Source of the DNA: Lama guanicoe
Lineage: Eukaryota
NCBI GenBank assembly: GCA_013239625.1
Contig: MU054323.1
Location: 3,398,161 to 3,462,160, forward strand
DNA: 64,000 bases
Direction: 5' to 3'
Below, piece after piece: positions 11,466 to 24,298 of this stretch. The translations under genes and the position numbers were made by a program. A model generated the notes under the pieces. It had not been told where the DNA came from. It saw only the letters and a program-made list of their open reading frames with translations, and did no database searches. How positions within the stretch are numbered: the first letter of the stretch is position 1; each line of letters starts with the position of its first letter.

Positions 11466-11617
11466 GGTGACCGTCTGATCCAGGGAGAAGGGAAAGAGGA
11501 CAGGCGCCCTCGGGCAGAGGCAGGGAACTCCCGTCTGCTAAGAGCCCACCGTGAAGCAGGCCATCTGTGAAGAGGGGTTTTTCTTTTGCCCCCTCCTTTC
11601 TGTCCTGCCCTCCTTTC

Positions 11618-12340
11618 TTTGTTTTTTCTAATTAACAGACTTTTTAAGAGCAGCTTTTGGTTTACAGAAAAACTGAGGGGCAAGCACAGAGAGTTCCCAC
11701 GTACTAGCCCCCACCCAGGTTCCCCATCATTAACACCTTGCGTTGGAGGAAGGGGTGCATCCGTTGCAACTGATGAACCAAGGTCAGTACAGGATTATTA
11801 CTAAAGCCCACAGTTTACGTCAGGATTCCCTGCGGCGTTGTGCATCCTGTGAGCCCTGACAAATGTATACTGTCATATGTCCACTCTGCAACATCACACA
11901 GAGTTTCACCGCCCTAAAAATCCCCTCTGCTCCACCTATTCGTGACTCTGACCTCTGGTAACCCTTGACTTTATAGTTTCTCCACAGGTTTGCCTTTTCC
12001 AGAATGTCCCATAGTTTGAGTTGCACAGCATGTGGCCTTTCCAGATTTTGGCCTCTCTCACTTAATAACATGGTTTTCAGGTTCTCCGTGTCTTTTCATA
12101 ACTCGACAGCTCATTTCTTTTTTATCTCTGAATAATATTCCTGTGTCTCGATGCAGCAATTTCTTTATCCACTCACCTACTGAAGGACATCTTGGTTGCC
12201 TCCAAGTTTTGGCAATTATGAATAACACCGCTATCAACATCTGTGTGCAGTTTTTCGTATGGACATAAGATTTCAACCCATTTGGGTAAATACCTAGGAG
12301 CACAATTGCTGGGTCATCTGGTAAGACTCTCTTTCAGTTT
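11618..12340 (-). mobile_element. L1 3' end (L1MB/MC-like)
   Basis: ttttaagagcagcttttggtttacagaaaaactgag...gaaggacatcttggttgcctccaagttttggcaattatgaat; ORF 12058-12303(-) resembles the ORF2 C-terminus (LLGIYP...IAKTWRQPRCPS). Confidence 0.9.
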
Positions 12341-12699
12341 CATGATAGATGAATACAATCACATCATAAAAATACCGAACGATGCTGTATAAAACACCAA
12401 GGTTGCACCTTGGCCCTGGTCCTCATCTTGTGCTTCCCTTTTTTATTTTCTTCACAAATGAGGAAAGCGTGTCCCTGAGATGTGACTTGTTGTAGAATTC
12501 ACACCAGGCAGCTGTGGAACACTTGCCTTAGAGGTCCTTGGAAGAGAGTCAAGGGTACTGTGCCTGGCTGCAAGTGTGAGGGTGATTGGTAGTGGTGGTG
12601 GGGGAGGCCCACCCCGCCCACCTCCCTTCCCCTCCCCCTCCTCTCGATGCTCCCTTTAGAATCGTCATCACAAAGTGAGAGAACCCAGGCTACAGGGAG

Positions 12700-12960
12700 A
12701 GGCCGTGTGTGGGTGTCCTGGCTGACAGCTGACAGCCGCATCAACTGCTAGACATGTGAGTGAACTCAGCGTCAGATGACTGGCCCCCAGCCTTCAAGCC
12801 GCCCCAGCTGACCCTGAATGGAGCTGCCTGGATCCTTGCCCACATCGCTAATCTACCGAGTTCAAAAAAAAAAAAAAAAGAAAGAAAAGAAATTGCTGTT
12901 GTTTTAAGTCCTTGGATGGAGGGTAGTTGATTTCATAGCAAAAGATAAGTAAAACACATT
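12700..12960 (+). mobile_element. MaLR (MLT1-like) LTR fragment
   Basis: gacagccgcatcaactgctagacatgtgagtga...ccccagccttcaagccgccccagctgac...gctgttgttttaagtc. Confidence 0.6.
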
Positions 12961-12989
12961 AGAATATGACAAAATGTTCCAGGCCCATC

Positions 12990-14030
12990 TTGTACATTTC
13001 CTACCCTAGACCTTTAATTAGCCAATGAGAAATGACACTTGAAGACCACAGTTTGAACTCTTTGGGTGAACAGACTTTACAGATTAATTTAGGGAGAAAG
13101 AATAAAACTATTGAATCCTCCTATCCTAGAATATGTGGTCACTATTTAATCTGTTCTTGTCCATCTTTCAGTGAAAATTATTTTCTTCACATTGCAAATT
13201 GCTTATTTGCTTTTTCTTTATGGTTATTTATTTCAAAGCTTTTGTTACTATCATGAATTTAAAAAATGTTGCTGTAACTATTACTAGTTTTCGTATATTA
13301 ATCATATATCTTGAACTCTTAGTTCTAAAACTTTGGGTTGATTCTCTCGGATTTTTTAGGTAAACCATCCTATCATTTTCCCCCTTTCTAATACTCATAC
13401 CTCTATGCTTTTCCGAGCGCATGTCCTCCTGCTAAATGCTGAATAGTGGTGGTGACTGTGAACCTTCTTATTTGCTTCTGTCTTTAATGGGATTGCTTCT
13501 AATGTTTCAACATTAAGTTTGCTGTTTGCTCTAAGTTTTTGATAGGTACAGTTTTTTATATTAAGGCAGTTTCTCAACATTGTTAGCTTGTACGAGTTTT
13601 TATCAGAAAAGGATATTGAAATGTTTTCATTGCTTGTCTTACTATTCAGTATGGTTAGTTTTCCTTGTTTATGCATTAATGCAATAAATTATATTAATAA
13701 AATTTCTAGTGTTCCACTACCCTGAATTCCTGCGATAAATTCTGCTTGGTCATGAAGTATCACTCCTCTGGATTTGATTGGTTATGTGTTACTTAGGAGT
13801 TTTGTATCTATACACATAAATGAAAATAGCCCATGGTGACTTGTGTGTGAGCTATCATTCTGTTTAGCTTCCAAAGTTATCATAGTTTTGTAGAATAACT
13901 TGGGAAACTTTCATTGTTTTCCATGCTCTGTAAAATTTTGTATAGACTATGAATTATATGCTCCTTGAAGATTTATTGTGGAACTTGCCCAGTCCAGGCT
14001 TGTGCCTTTATTTTAAGGGTTTATTTTTGA
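12990..14030 (-). mobile_element. Ancient L1 ORF2-region fragment
   Basis: ORF remnants such as LEAIPLKT and MVYLKNPRES on the minus strand; ctctggatttgattgg...aggagttttgtatcta. Confidence 0.65.
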
Positions 14031-14039
14031 TAAGTTCTT

Positions 14040-14112
14040 TTTTCTTCCTTCCTTCCTTCCTTCCTTCTTTCATTCCTTCCTCCCTCCATCCATCCCCTTC
14101 CTTCCTTCCTTA
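14040..14112. repeat. (TTCC)n simple repeat at the tail of the adjacent L1
   Basis: Directly visible. Confidence 0.85.
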
Positions 14113-15645
14113 CTCATTTTAAGTGTACAGTTCAGCAGTGTTAAGTATACTCACATTGCTGTGCAACGAGATCTCTAGAATTTTTTCATCTTGCAAACTA
14201 AAACTCTAAATCCATTAAAGAGTAACTGTCCATTTCCCTCTACCCCTTGTCCCTGCAACCACCATTCTGTTTCTATGAATTTAACTATTTTAAATTTATT
14301 TTATAAGTGAAATCATACAATATGTCTTTTTGTAACTAGCTTATCTCACTTAGTATAATATCCTCAAGGTTTATTCATGTTGTAGCATGTGTCAGGTTTT
14401 CCTTTTTTAAGGCTGAATAATATTCCATTGTATATAGATACCACATTTTAAAAAATCTATTCATTCATTGATGGACACCGATTGTCCACCTTTTGGCTAT
14501 TGTGAAAAATGCTGCTATAAACATAGGTATGCAAATATCTCTTTGAGATCCTACTTTCAATTCTTTTAGGTATATACCCAGAAGTGGGATTGCAGGATCA
14601 TACAGTAGTTCTTTTTTTCATTTTTTGAGGAACTGCCACAGTGTTTTCCATAGCAGCTACACCCCTTTACATTCCCAATAGCAGTGCACAGGGCTCTGGT
14701 TTCTGTACATCCTGACACTTGCTATTTTCTGTTTGATAGTAGCCATCCTCATGGGCAAGAGGTAAAAATCTCATTGTGGTTTTGATTTCCAGCTAACATA
14801 ACAGTGATGTTGAGCATCTTTTCATATGCTTGTTGGCCATTCTTTTGTCATCTTTGGAGAAATGTCTCTTTACGTCCTTCACCCATTTTTTAATAGGATT
14901 GTATTTTTTCTTCTTCTTGAGTTGTAATTCTTTATATATTCTGGATATTAATCCCTTATCAGATACATATTTTGCAAATATTTTCTCACATTCTGTAGGT
15001 TGCCTTTTCACTCTGCTGATTGTTCCCTTTGATGCACAGACATTTTAAAGTTTGATATAGTCCCATTTATCTATTTTTACTTTTGTTGCATGTGCTTTAG
15101 GTGTTATGTACAAGAAATCAATGCCAATGTCCTGAAGTTTTTCCCATATATTTCCTTCTAGGAGTTCTATAGTTGTAGGTCTTGCATTCGGGTCTTTAAT
15201 CCATTTTGAGTTAATTTTTATATATGCTGTAAGGAAGTGTCTAACTTCATTATTTAGCATGAGGCTATCCTGTTTCCCCAACATCATTTGTTGAAAAGAT
15301 TGTTCCTTTCCCCGCTGAATGTTCTTGGCACCTGTGTTGAAGATAATTTGCCATATACGCGATGGTTTATTTCCGGGCTCTCTACTCTATTCTACTGGTT
15401 CATATGTTTGTCTTTATCCTTGTCCCACATTGTTTTTATTATTCCTGTTTTGGCTTTTTCTTGAGGTATAATTGACATATAACATATTAGTTTCAGGTGT
15501 ACAACAAATGATTCAATATGTGTATATAATGCAAAATGATCACTACATTAAGTCTAGCTAACACCCAAACACTGTTTTGACTACTGTAGCTTTGTAAAAC
15601 GTTTTGAAATCAGGACATGTGAGACCTTTCTTTACTTTGTTCTTT
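14113..15645 (-). mobile_element. L1 (L1MA/MB-like) 3' portion with disrupted ORF2 and a short nested L1 tail near 15450-15560
   Basis: Remnant peptides [29 protein letters not shown] and KINSKWIKD...KIDKWDYIKL are LINE-1 ORF2p; frameshifted. Confidence 0.93.
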
Positions 15646-15910
15646 TGACCACCTTCTTAGCTTCTTGTATGGTTATTGGTCTATTTAAGCTTTCTGTTCT
15701 TGAATCAATTCTTTTGTTGTTATCGTTATTGTTGAGTAAAGGAAGATTTATTCAGAGAGATACATACTCCATAGTCAGAGTGCAGGCTGTTGCAGAAAGC
15801 CAAAGAAAGGCCACGAGGTGTGGGGGTTGGGTGCTCAGTTTAAAGTAAAAGTAGATACACACTCCATAGAGTGCTGTCTCACTCAGAAGGGGGAGTGGCC
15901 GAATCAGGCC

Positions 15911-16260
15911 TTTTTTTTAAAGTGCAGTATAGTTGATTTACAATGTTGTGTTAGCAAAGCAATTCGGTTGTATAGATGTATTTTTTTCCTATTGTTTCCC
16001 ATTTCAAGTTATTACAACATATGGAATATAGTTTCCTGTGCTATACAGGTAAATTCATGTTATTTGTCTATTTTTATGCATAGTAGTTTGTATCCGTTAA
16101 TACCATACTCCTAATTTATCCCCTCCCTCCTCCCTTAACCCTTTGGTAACCATCAGTTTGTTTCTATATCTGAGTTTGCCTCTGTTTTGAATCTAGATTC
16201 ATTTGCATTATTTTTAGATTCCACATCTAAGTGATATCATGTGATATTTGTCTTTCTCTT
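15911..16260 (-). mobile_element. Younger cetartiodactyl-type L1 3' end
   Basis: ttttttttaaagtgcagtatagttgatttacaatgttgtgttag...atagtttcctgtgctatacag...tagattccacatctaagtgatatcat. Confidence 0.8.
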
Positions 16261-18589
16261 GAATAAATTCTTCATACTTCCCTAGAAAATTATACATTTC
16301 ACTTGATTTTTAAGTTACAGGTAGGCTTTTTATATAATGGTCTCCTATAATTAAAAAGGTAATTTTACATCCCCTTACTGATGTTTGTATCTTCCATCTT
16401 TTTTCAAAATTCAAATTTGCCTAAAGCATGTCTAATTCGTTGTCGTTTCTAACTGGATTGAGTTTGTTCTTTCTGTGAAGCTTATTAATTCCTTCTACTT
16501 TTTTTTGGTAATTATTTTGTTATTTTACTAAATAAACTATTAAATTATCTTCAGATTTTCTTGGCTAACCATTTTTCTATGAACAGCCTTTGGCTCGAAT
16601 CCCCCAGGTTTCGCATAGCACTCACTGTAATTAATTTTGAAGGCAGCCCACGCAGTTTATCCCGGGTTACAATTGTTCTTTTACCTAGGAGTTATTAAGA
16701 ATGGTATTTTAAAGATTTCTAAGATATATTTCTAAGACATATTTTTGGCTTTATGCTGTGAATCCTATTGTATTCAGTTCAATGAATGTGCCTTGTATAG
16801 TTTCAGAACTGATTTTCAAAGAAGTGGGGGGGCGGGGGGGCTCCCAAACATCCCTCCTCCCCTCTGGGTGATCCTCCTAACCTTTGGTGTAAGATGGGCC
16901 CACCAGGTGTTCCGAGTCCCTGACTTTTCAAGGCTCCTTCCCATGAAAGTCCTGGGCGAGACCGAGGTGAGAGATGGGAGTTGGCAGCTGTAACAGGGAT
17001 TCCTGAACTCTGTAACTCTCAGGGCTGCCTTCGCCTCCCTCCAGTTTCTCTTTATTTCTGCTGCTTTGCCCACCATGTAGGTGGGTCCTTTACAGCACCG
17101 TACTTGTCACTCCCTGCTCAAGAATTTATGAGGACTCCCTATTGTTAACCACCGCATTTCTCCAAGGACCTCATTCTTTGGCGGTAATTCTTAGAAGTGC
17201 TCATTAAATACAACTGTAAGAAAACATAGTGACTGATGCCGTGGCCTCAACCCCAACATCCCAGGTCCTCCTGCTCACCCTAGTGCGAGCCTGTTCATTT
17301 CTCCTTTCCCTTTCCAGCCCAAGGCACTGCGTCCAGTGCCGTGTTTCTCACTAGTAGTTATTTTTGAAATCTTGATTTCTGTGTAGATGTAGAGCTTTTG
17401 AGGTAGAAACTACTTTTTTTCAGGCTCTTTCCAAACATAAATGGGACATAATGCTTTCTCAGCACAATCTTATTTGATCATGGAATGATTTGTGGTGGAC
17501 TTTTCTTCACTGTTAACCATTCTTTCCATAAACTCTTGTCTGGCCATAGCCTAGGTCCTGGGTACACAGTAAAGACTCGGTCCTGAACTTGAAGGAACCC
17601 TTCTATTCAACTGCATGGGTACCAGCACTGCTCCTAAAATGTCTGCTGAGGTGGGAAAATCAATCTTCTCAAGCAGCCCTTGACTTGCCTAGAAGTCAGG
17701 TGGTCATGTCCGTTAGGAGTTATTGGGGAGACTCTGAAGGCTGAATCCTGTGATCGGTATGGAGTTGGGTGAGACCCTCTGGGTTTCTGATTTCTACATA
17801 CCTCCTGCGTAGGGGAGACTTCAACTGGTCTTTGCTGTCCAGGCAGATGCTGAGGGGGAACGGTTCACAAGGCCAACAGGCATAGTTTTCTCAATTCAGT
17901 GCTTTGCTTGTTACATACAGTAAGTCTAACTGGCAGAAATTACTGAGGAGTGTTACTGTGGCTTCCTCCTTTCAGGTCACATCAGTTGCATGGACCCTTA
18001 CAAAAGGCTCTTCCTCACTTGACCGTCACTGGCTTAAGTCTCAAAGCAGATACTTATAAATTATCCAAAGTGACTCAGAGGCACTCAGCAAAACAATATA
18101 TTGGCAAACCTCTCCTTCTACTGAAGCATACTCAAACTGCTCAGTGAAAATGATGCAATGGATGTGTGTGAGGAATGGCTGAGACCAAAAACCTCATGTT
18201 TCTGAGTCTAATATGCTTTCCAAGGGTGTGTGTGTGAGGAGGGACGGAGGCAGGAGAGAGGAAGGATAGAGATTTCTCCAGCACGTTGCCTTTGATTTCC
18301 TCCCTTTGTCTCCATCCTGGCAGCCATACACTTCAGGGCAAAGCTACTATTACTTGTACCAAGAAACGAAAAAAAAAAACAGATTAAAGCAAGAACAAGA
18401 ATTAAAATGCTGTAAAGTTCCTTAATCACATCTTCAGTAGTTTTCCCACTGACTTAGTGATTTATCGGCAACTTGAATCAAGAGCTCCTTTGCAGAAACA
18501 TGAGCTCCTAGCAAAATGTTTTGAGCTCCTGTGTGTAGGCAAACTGGAAAACAAAGAATAAAACCTTAACTCTAACAGGAGGCACTGAG

Positions 18590-18755
18590 TACTCACTGTC
18601 CCTGCACGTTACATATTCTCATTTAATCCTCACGATTTTAAGAGGTGGGAAACTAAGGCTTAAAAGATTAAACTGCTGTCCTAACAATGAAAAACTAAAG
18701 GGTTTGGAACCTGGGCAATGTAGTTCCAGAGCCTAAACTCTGAACCATAACCCTC
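18590..18755 (-). mobile_element. MIR SINE
   Basis: atattctcatttaatcctcac...gggaaactaaggct...ggtttggaacctgggca...ccagagcctaaactctgaacca. Confidence 0.65.
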
Positions 18756-20189
18756 GGAACCCCAAGAAAATTTGGTTCTTAATGTAACCAATTTCTTTCT
18801 TAAATTATCAAATACAATACAGGATTATTTAAGTTCCTGGTAAATACTTAGAAAAAGAAGGTTACGACTGGAATATTACACAAGTATCTACAGGATGTGG
18901 AGGTGAGAAAGTTAAATACTCCACCTAATTTTGAGCTCCCCATAGGACCTAGCCTGTGGTTGTTAGGTTCTTAGTATCCAGTACCCTTAGATCTGAGGTT
19001 CTGTGGGCAGGCAGGATATTATTCCTACTTTACAGATAGATAACTTAGAGGTCTAGAGGGTTACCACACAGCCTACACGCCCCGGCCCAGCCTAGGCCTG
19101 ACTCCCCTTCCCTCTGCAGTGCCCTTCCAGAGGCACACTGCTGCCTCTTCCAAGTGAGCACCATTACTTCTCACCTGTGTCCAGAGATGAATTTACTGAG
19201 TCTGCAGCATTCAAATTCCATCAGATGCTACTTTGGACCTTTCAAGTTAAGTGGGCAAAGTACAGTGAATACTGCTCCCTGAGCGGTTTCTCTGCCTTCC
19301 CCCACTTGCCCACCTCCTTCGAACCTGAGACACCACTGTCAGTAGGGCAGATACTACCAGGTCACCTTAGGAAACTGCTTTTCTGAAGTTGATAAGCGAT
19401 GGTGGGAGGATATGATACTTCCTTTTTAGGATCTTCAATTTCATTACTCTAAGTGGGGTAGGTCAACAATTCCAGGAGGGCTGATTTCAGTTTGGAATAG
19501 AACCAAACAATGATCAAATTAAAATGGAGGCTAAACAATGTGTGTGATAAAAATCCCCTTTCCTATTTAGCTTTATGTAGATCTCCATTTTGGATTCTAT
19601 CAAATTATCTTACAGATTAAAAAAATATAGGTACAGAAGGGACAGGAAATGGAAATAGCATTAGCACTGGTTGAGAATTAGGTTCAAGGTTATCTTTATA
19701 TATATTCTCAATTCTTAAAACCAATGAGGATTTAAAAATAGTTCCATGTCTTTAAAGATGAAGGCACTGAGGCTGAGATGAGTTAACACATTCAAATTCA
19801 CAAGGTTTGTAAACTAAGAGGTTAACTTTAAATCCATGCCTGAACCCAAACTATACTTTTGGATAACAGTCTCCTTAAGTGCATGTGGAAAAGTAAACAA
19901 ACACCTGTGGGTGTTTCAATATGTGATTTAATTTAATCCTCAAAAACAACTCTGAAGAAGTATCATTGTATCAGTAAGGAAACAGGCTTAAAGTTTCATC
20001 ATATGAGGTGTGTAATCACTCTATGTAATTAACAGATCATGAATATTAAAAGATAGGATAAACACCATCAGCATAATCAGTGGCCCCAGACTAGCATCCA
20101 TGTGATAGATATTTTTGTTTTCCTTAAATCAGAGAAAACGTGAATGATCAATGTAAATTGTAATTGAGGTACAGAGGGGTATTTTATCT

Positions 20190-23050
20190 GGAGAAAAACA
20201 CGAGACGAGGTTTATTTCATACAATGTTATTCACACATTTTTCATTTCCTAATTTATACATAATATACAAAGAAGTGAAGATAACATTATTTCATATGAA
20301 CCAATAAGAGCCAGGACTTAGACAAACTGGTCCAGAAACAATCCATATCAAAAGGAGACACCCAAGAGTAAAGCCCAAGTGGCTCTGCCTAATTGTTTCT
20401 TTGTTCTTAAATGTTATTTTCAGATTTTACCAAAACTCCATGCCAACATACTAAAAGGTGGAATCAGAGAGATGGGCACCAAAAATGGCAGACCATAAAG
20501 TTTCTAGAACAAACATTCTTCTAGAACAGGCCCCAAAGCATTGAGAAGATTGGGTTGTCAACATTGAGATACATGGGAAGATCAGAACCCCAAGACGATG
20601 GTTCTGTTTCCCAAAGTGCTGATCTCTAGGACTTCCTAATTTGCAGAAATAACTGCCTGTGTGAACAGACAACAAGGATAAAGGAAAACCTGGAATTCAA
20701 CTGTGCAAACCCAGGAAAGTCACTACCAATCTCCAGGAAGGACAACTTTGATCCTGAAACCATGAGCTGATACTGGGAACAAAAGTTCAACACAGGGCTA
20801 AGACACTCTGAGGCTGGCGACACAAAGTGGGAAAGCGTGAAAGAGAGCAGCTCTGTATGGAGAGAAAAAAAGCACTGTCACTGTGACTGGGACATGCTGA
20901 TGAACCAGTGTGACTATGAGAAGGGATAGTGACAAGTGGTTGAATTTAATGGCCTTAACATGGAATGTTGGGTTAGAAAACTAGAATAACTCAACATCAA
21001 ACATGAAAAAGTATGCCTGGCACCCCAAACTTCATGCCGTTATTTTTAGGTTCATGAAATGAACAGCTAAGTGAAAAAAACCTTTATATTCAATATTGTG
21101 CTCAGAAGATTGCTTTTCTTCTGCAGACTTCTAATAAAAAATCCCTTACATGTTCAATTGAGAGAGACAGCATGGTTCATTAGTTTTCAGCACTAAACAT
21201 AAGTGGGTCAACATAAATGTTTTATACAAAATACTGACTTCAACAAAATACAAAGCACTTTCTTTATCTTTCAGAAACTGAATATACAAAGCAAGTTTTT
21301 TTTCCAAAATATTTTCATAGGCAAAGGATTAAAAACGATTTTAATTATACACATATGGTCACAATTTTGCCTTAAAAAGATTGTTGGGAAATGTACATAA
21401 GGCCGCTTGTAAATGTACATCATGTTACTGTTATGTCTTATGTCCAGAGAAAAAAATGTTATCATACAGATTTGCTATTACTTGGGAGTAGGCTATTCAA
21501 AAATACAGTACTCTTCTGTACAAAGAAAAAAGTTACATCACATTTAATAAGATGGAAAAAGCATTGGCCTCCATGGTAACCAAATATCTCAGTCCAATAC
21601 TTTCTATTATGCACAATACCCTGACTTCTTGAAAGTGATCCAAATCCTAGCATGTCCATATTAACAGAGTCAACAACTATGTTATAAAACAAAATTTTTC
21701 ACAATAATAAAAAGAAAGCTGGTTCATACTTCTGAAACCATATAAAGATAAAAAATTTTTTAAAAAATCACTCTCAATTTGGAGAAATAAATTTACATTA
21801 TACAACACTATATGCCAGGTCAGAGGGCAGGGACATAAATGTACACTAAAATGCAAATGTTTCCCAAAGAGATAAAACAAATTTCATTTACAGCATGAAG
21901 GTTTACAAATGTACACCTGTACAACCAAAGAAAGCATCACTACTAAATTAGCAAAGCTTTTATAATAAACATTGAAACAGATTTGCTTTCAAAGTGTAAA
22001 CTTACATCTATCACTACACACACAATGCATATATTTATAGGAAGCAAAAAAAGCTATCTGAATATGTAATCATGCTTAAATGTTGAGCTATCAAATTCAC
22101 TTTTCAGTGGCCCCCTTTCACCTCTATCTGGTTCCTACTTACTGAATCTACTATGAAAAAGCAAAATAAAGCTCAACACTTCCTCAACACGTCCTTGTAG
22201 TTCTATAAGCAAAAACAATACACAAATCTCCACTCTTTCTCATCACAAACCAAACCGAAAAGTTAAAATAGGACTTAACTTTTCGTTTAGTGCACTTAAC
22301 TGGATGGAAGTGTCACCATGATTTTGTTTTTTCGACCTCTTACAACAATTACATGTGTAGATATATACAATAATTCTGTACATTGCCAGAGACGTTTTAG
22401 GGCAGTATTTGTATTAAAACCACACCCAATGTAAGTAATGTTAAGTTCTTTTCATCTCAAATCATTTGTCTTACTTGTCGAGTTTTTATTTGCATGATAA
22501 TTTGTGAATTACCAAAATACAACTTAACTTTCTTTTTAAAATATTAATAATATTTATGCAGTTGATTGTTAATCTGTTATAAAAGGCTTCACACAAAGGA
22601 CAAAAAAAAAATAAGGACTATATTTCTATGTACATCTCTATAAACCTGTTGTGCTATGGGGTCCGTAGACCTACCAGACTGCAAGCCAGTTTATTAAAAG
22701 AATACTGTACTTTTTCCTTTAAAAACTATTTTTGTGACTTTACAAGGTAAAAATTTACAAAATATGTGACAGCATTTTTTGATACAGTTACATCATATAC
22801 AGGCATTCTGTGCTTTGCCAGCAATCCAATCTGATAGGTCTCCACTCAGGGTTGAATATAATTTATAACTCACCACCCCCACCCCCCAAATATACACAAG
22901 AACCTTAAAAAATTTACAAATGGATGAATAAAGTCAATAAATAGTTTTGCTTTAAAAAAAATTTGAAGATTCATAGCTGAGTTGTGTTTTGATAATTCAC
23001 AAAAGAAACGTTCTTCTCACATGGCTACATCATCTTCTCTTCTTTTTCCT
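20190..23050 (-). other. PUM2: PUM2 3'UTR (~2.9 kb)
   Basis: Repeat-free AU-rich sequence from the TAA stop to an AATAAA at 20216-20211; many UGUA motifs; 3' end inferred. Confidence 0.75.
20211..20216 (-). terminator. PUM2: Probable distal polyadenylation signal AATAAA of PUM2
   Basis: Minus strand reads CATTGTATGAAATAAACCTCGTCTCGTGTTTTTCTCC, with a UGUA motif directly upstream; MIR-like repeat sequence resumes a few hundred bp beyond. Confidence 0.65.
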
Positions 23051-23182
23051 TTACAGCATTCCATTTGGTGGTCCTCCAATAGGCCCTAGATCTGGGCTAT
23101 TTTTCAAATAATATTTTTCCAACTTGGCCAGTATATGCTTCCCATATGTGTATTTGCGCAAAGTAGTAATGTGAGGTCGAAT
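23051..23182 (-). CDS. PUM2: PUM2 terminal coding exon ([43 protein letters not shown])
   Basis: Acceptor ttttcag|ATT; 44 codons ending TAA at 23053-23051; PUM2-type C-terminus. Confidence 0.97.
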   Translation of the reverse strand: MRPHITTLRKYTYGKHILAKLEKYYLKNSPDLGPIGGPPNGML

Positions 23183-23559
23183 CTGAAAAACAAACAACCT
23201 GCTTAGGAAATCTAAGTTTAATTTTAGTTTCTGATTCCTTAAAAAAGTGCCCCCAAATCTGGGCGATTTAGGAGAATAATTGGAATTTTAAAATTCAAGT
23301 CCAAAGAAAGTCGTTTGCATAAGCAGTTCTGATCCACTCAATCTCTCCAAACTTCTACTCTCAAATTTGTTCAATGATTAAACAAACCACTACTTCTATA
23401 AGCTATTACACATGCAAATAGCAGAGGGACTCTAAACATAGGAGAGAAGTATCACCAGTGAGCATTCTTATAAAGTTTAGGAGGGCAGGATTCTATAACT
23501 CTGGACAAAAACTCAATACAAAATGGAGCAAAAGACATGAACAAGCAACCAGATGTGTG

Positions 23560-24010
23560 ACAGCTAATACATTTAAGATGTTCAATATTTTACTAAAAGC
23601 TTTAAAAATGCAAATGAGAAGAATCACATCATTATCTTTCCATCCAGACTGGCAAAGATTTTATAAATAATAATAACTGGTATTGATGAGATAATGGTGA
23701 AACAGGCACTCTTCTAAAATACTGGATAGATAGATGTGCAAACCTGTATAAGATTTTTTGAAAGTAACTTGGCAGAATCTATTAAAATGTAACACGTTCA
23801 CATACTTTGTGCCAGCAATTCCACATCTAGGGATTTATCCTACAAAACAATTATGCAAAGATACTCATATAAAGCACTGCTTATAATAGTTATTAAAAAT
23901 AAATAATCCAAATGTCATAAATAATACTGGTTAAGTAAATAATGTAGTTGTTAAAAATAACACTGAAAAAATGTCATATATATTTTTAAGCAGAAATACT
24001 AAATTTTGAA
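23560..24010 (+). mobile_element. Ancient L1 (L1ME-like) fragment in the last PUM2 intron
   Basis: catccagactggcaaagatt...gaaacaggcactc...ccagcaattccacatctagggatttatcct. Confidence 0.65.
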
Positions 24011-24197
24011 CAACATAGAAAATTAGGAGGCCAAAAATTCTTTTGTGATCTTGAAATTATCCTCTCTTCTCTATATGAAGAGAGGTCTACAGAGGTTATG
24101 TACTTGGTCCCTTGTTTCTTAAATGAATAAATTTAGAGAAATATTAAGAATGAGAAACAAAAAGATTAAGAGTAAAGATTTCTTCCAGTGTTTTTTT

Positions 24198-24261
24198 AAA
24201 ATATGGAACGCTTTACGAATTTGCATGTCATCCTTGACAGGGCCATGCTAATCTCTGTATT

Positions 24262-24292
<31 letters not shown>

Positions 24293-24298
24293 GAGCAC
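24198..24298 (-). pseudogene. RNU6: U6 snRNA retropseudogene
   Basis: Minus strand reads GTGCTCGCTTCGGCAGCACATATACTAAAATTGGAACAATACAGAGATTAGCATGGCCCTGTCAAGGATGACATGCAAATTCGTAAAGCGTTCCATATTTT, a near full-length U6 with deletions; flanked by direct repeats ccagtgtt(c)ttttt. Confidence 0.95.

Noticed and set aside
14793..15287. ORFs resembling reverse-transcriptase-associated protein (also 12058-12303, 30234-30654, 52764-53188)
   Set aside because: Frameshifted LINE-1 ORF2 remnants, not host genes.
3789..18077. Isolated TGACTCA sites at 3789, 6569 and 18071
   Set aside because: Single 7-mers without a convincing motif cluster; the first lies in an L1-like relic.
1290..20190. PUM2-SDC1 read-through or an additional gene in the intergenic region
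   Set aside because: The tandem orientation permits it, but no exon-like or coding signal was seen; the region is mostly repeats.
24198..24298. Functional U6 snRNA gene
   Set aside because: Internal deletions and substitutions, no recognisable PSE/TATA upstream, and a retrotransposition signature.
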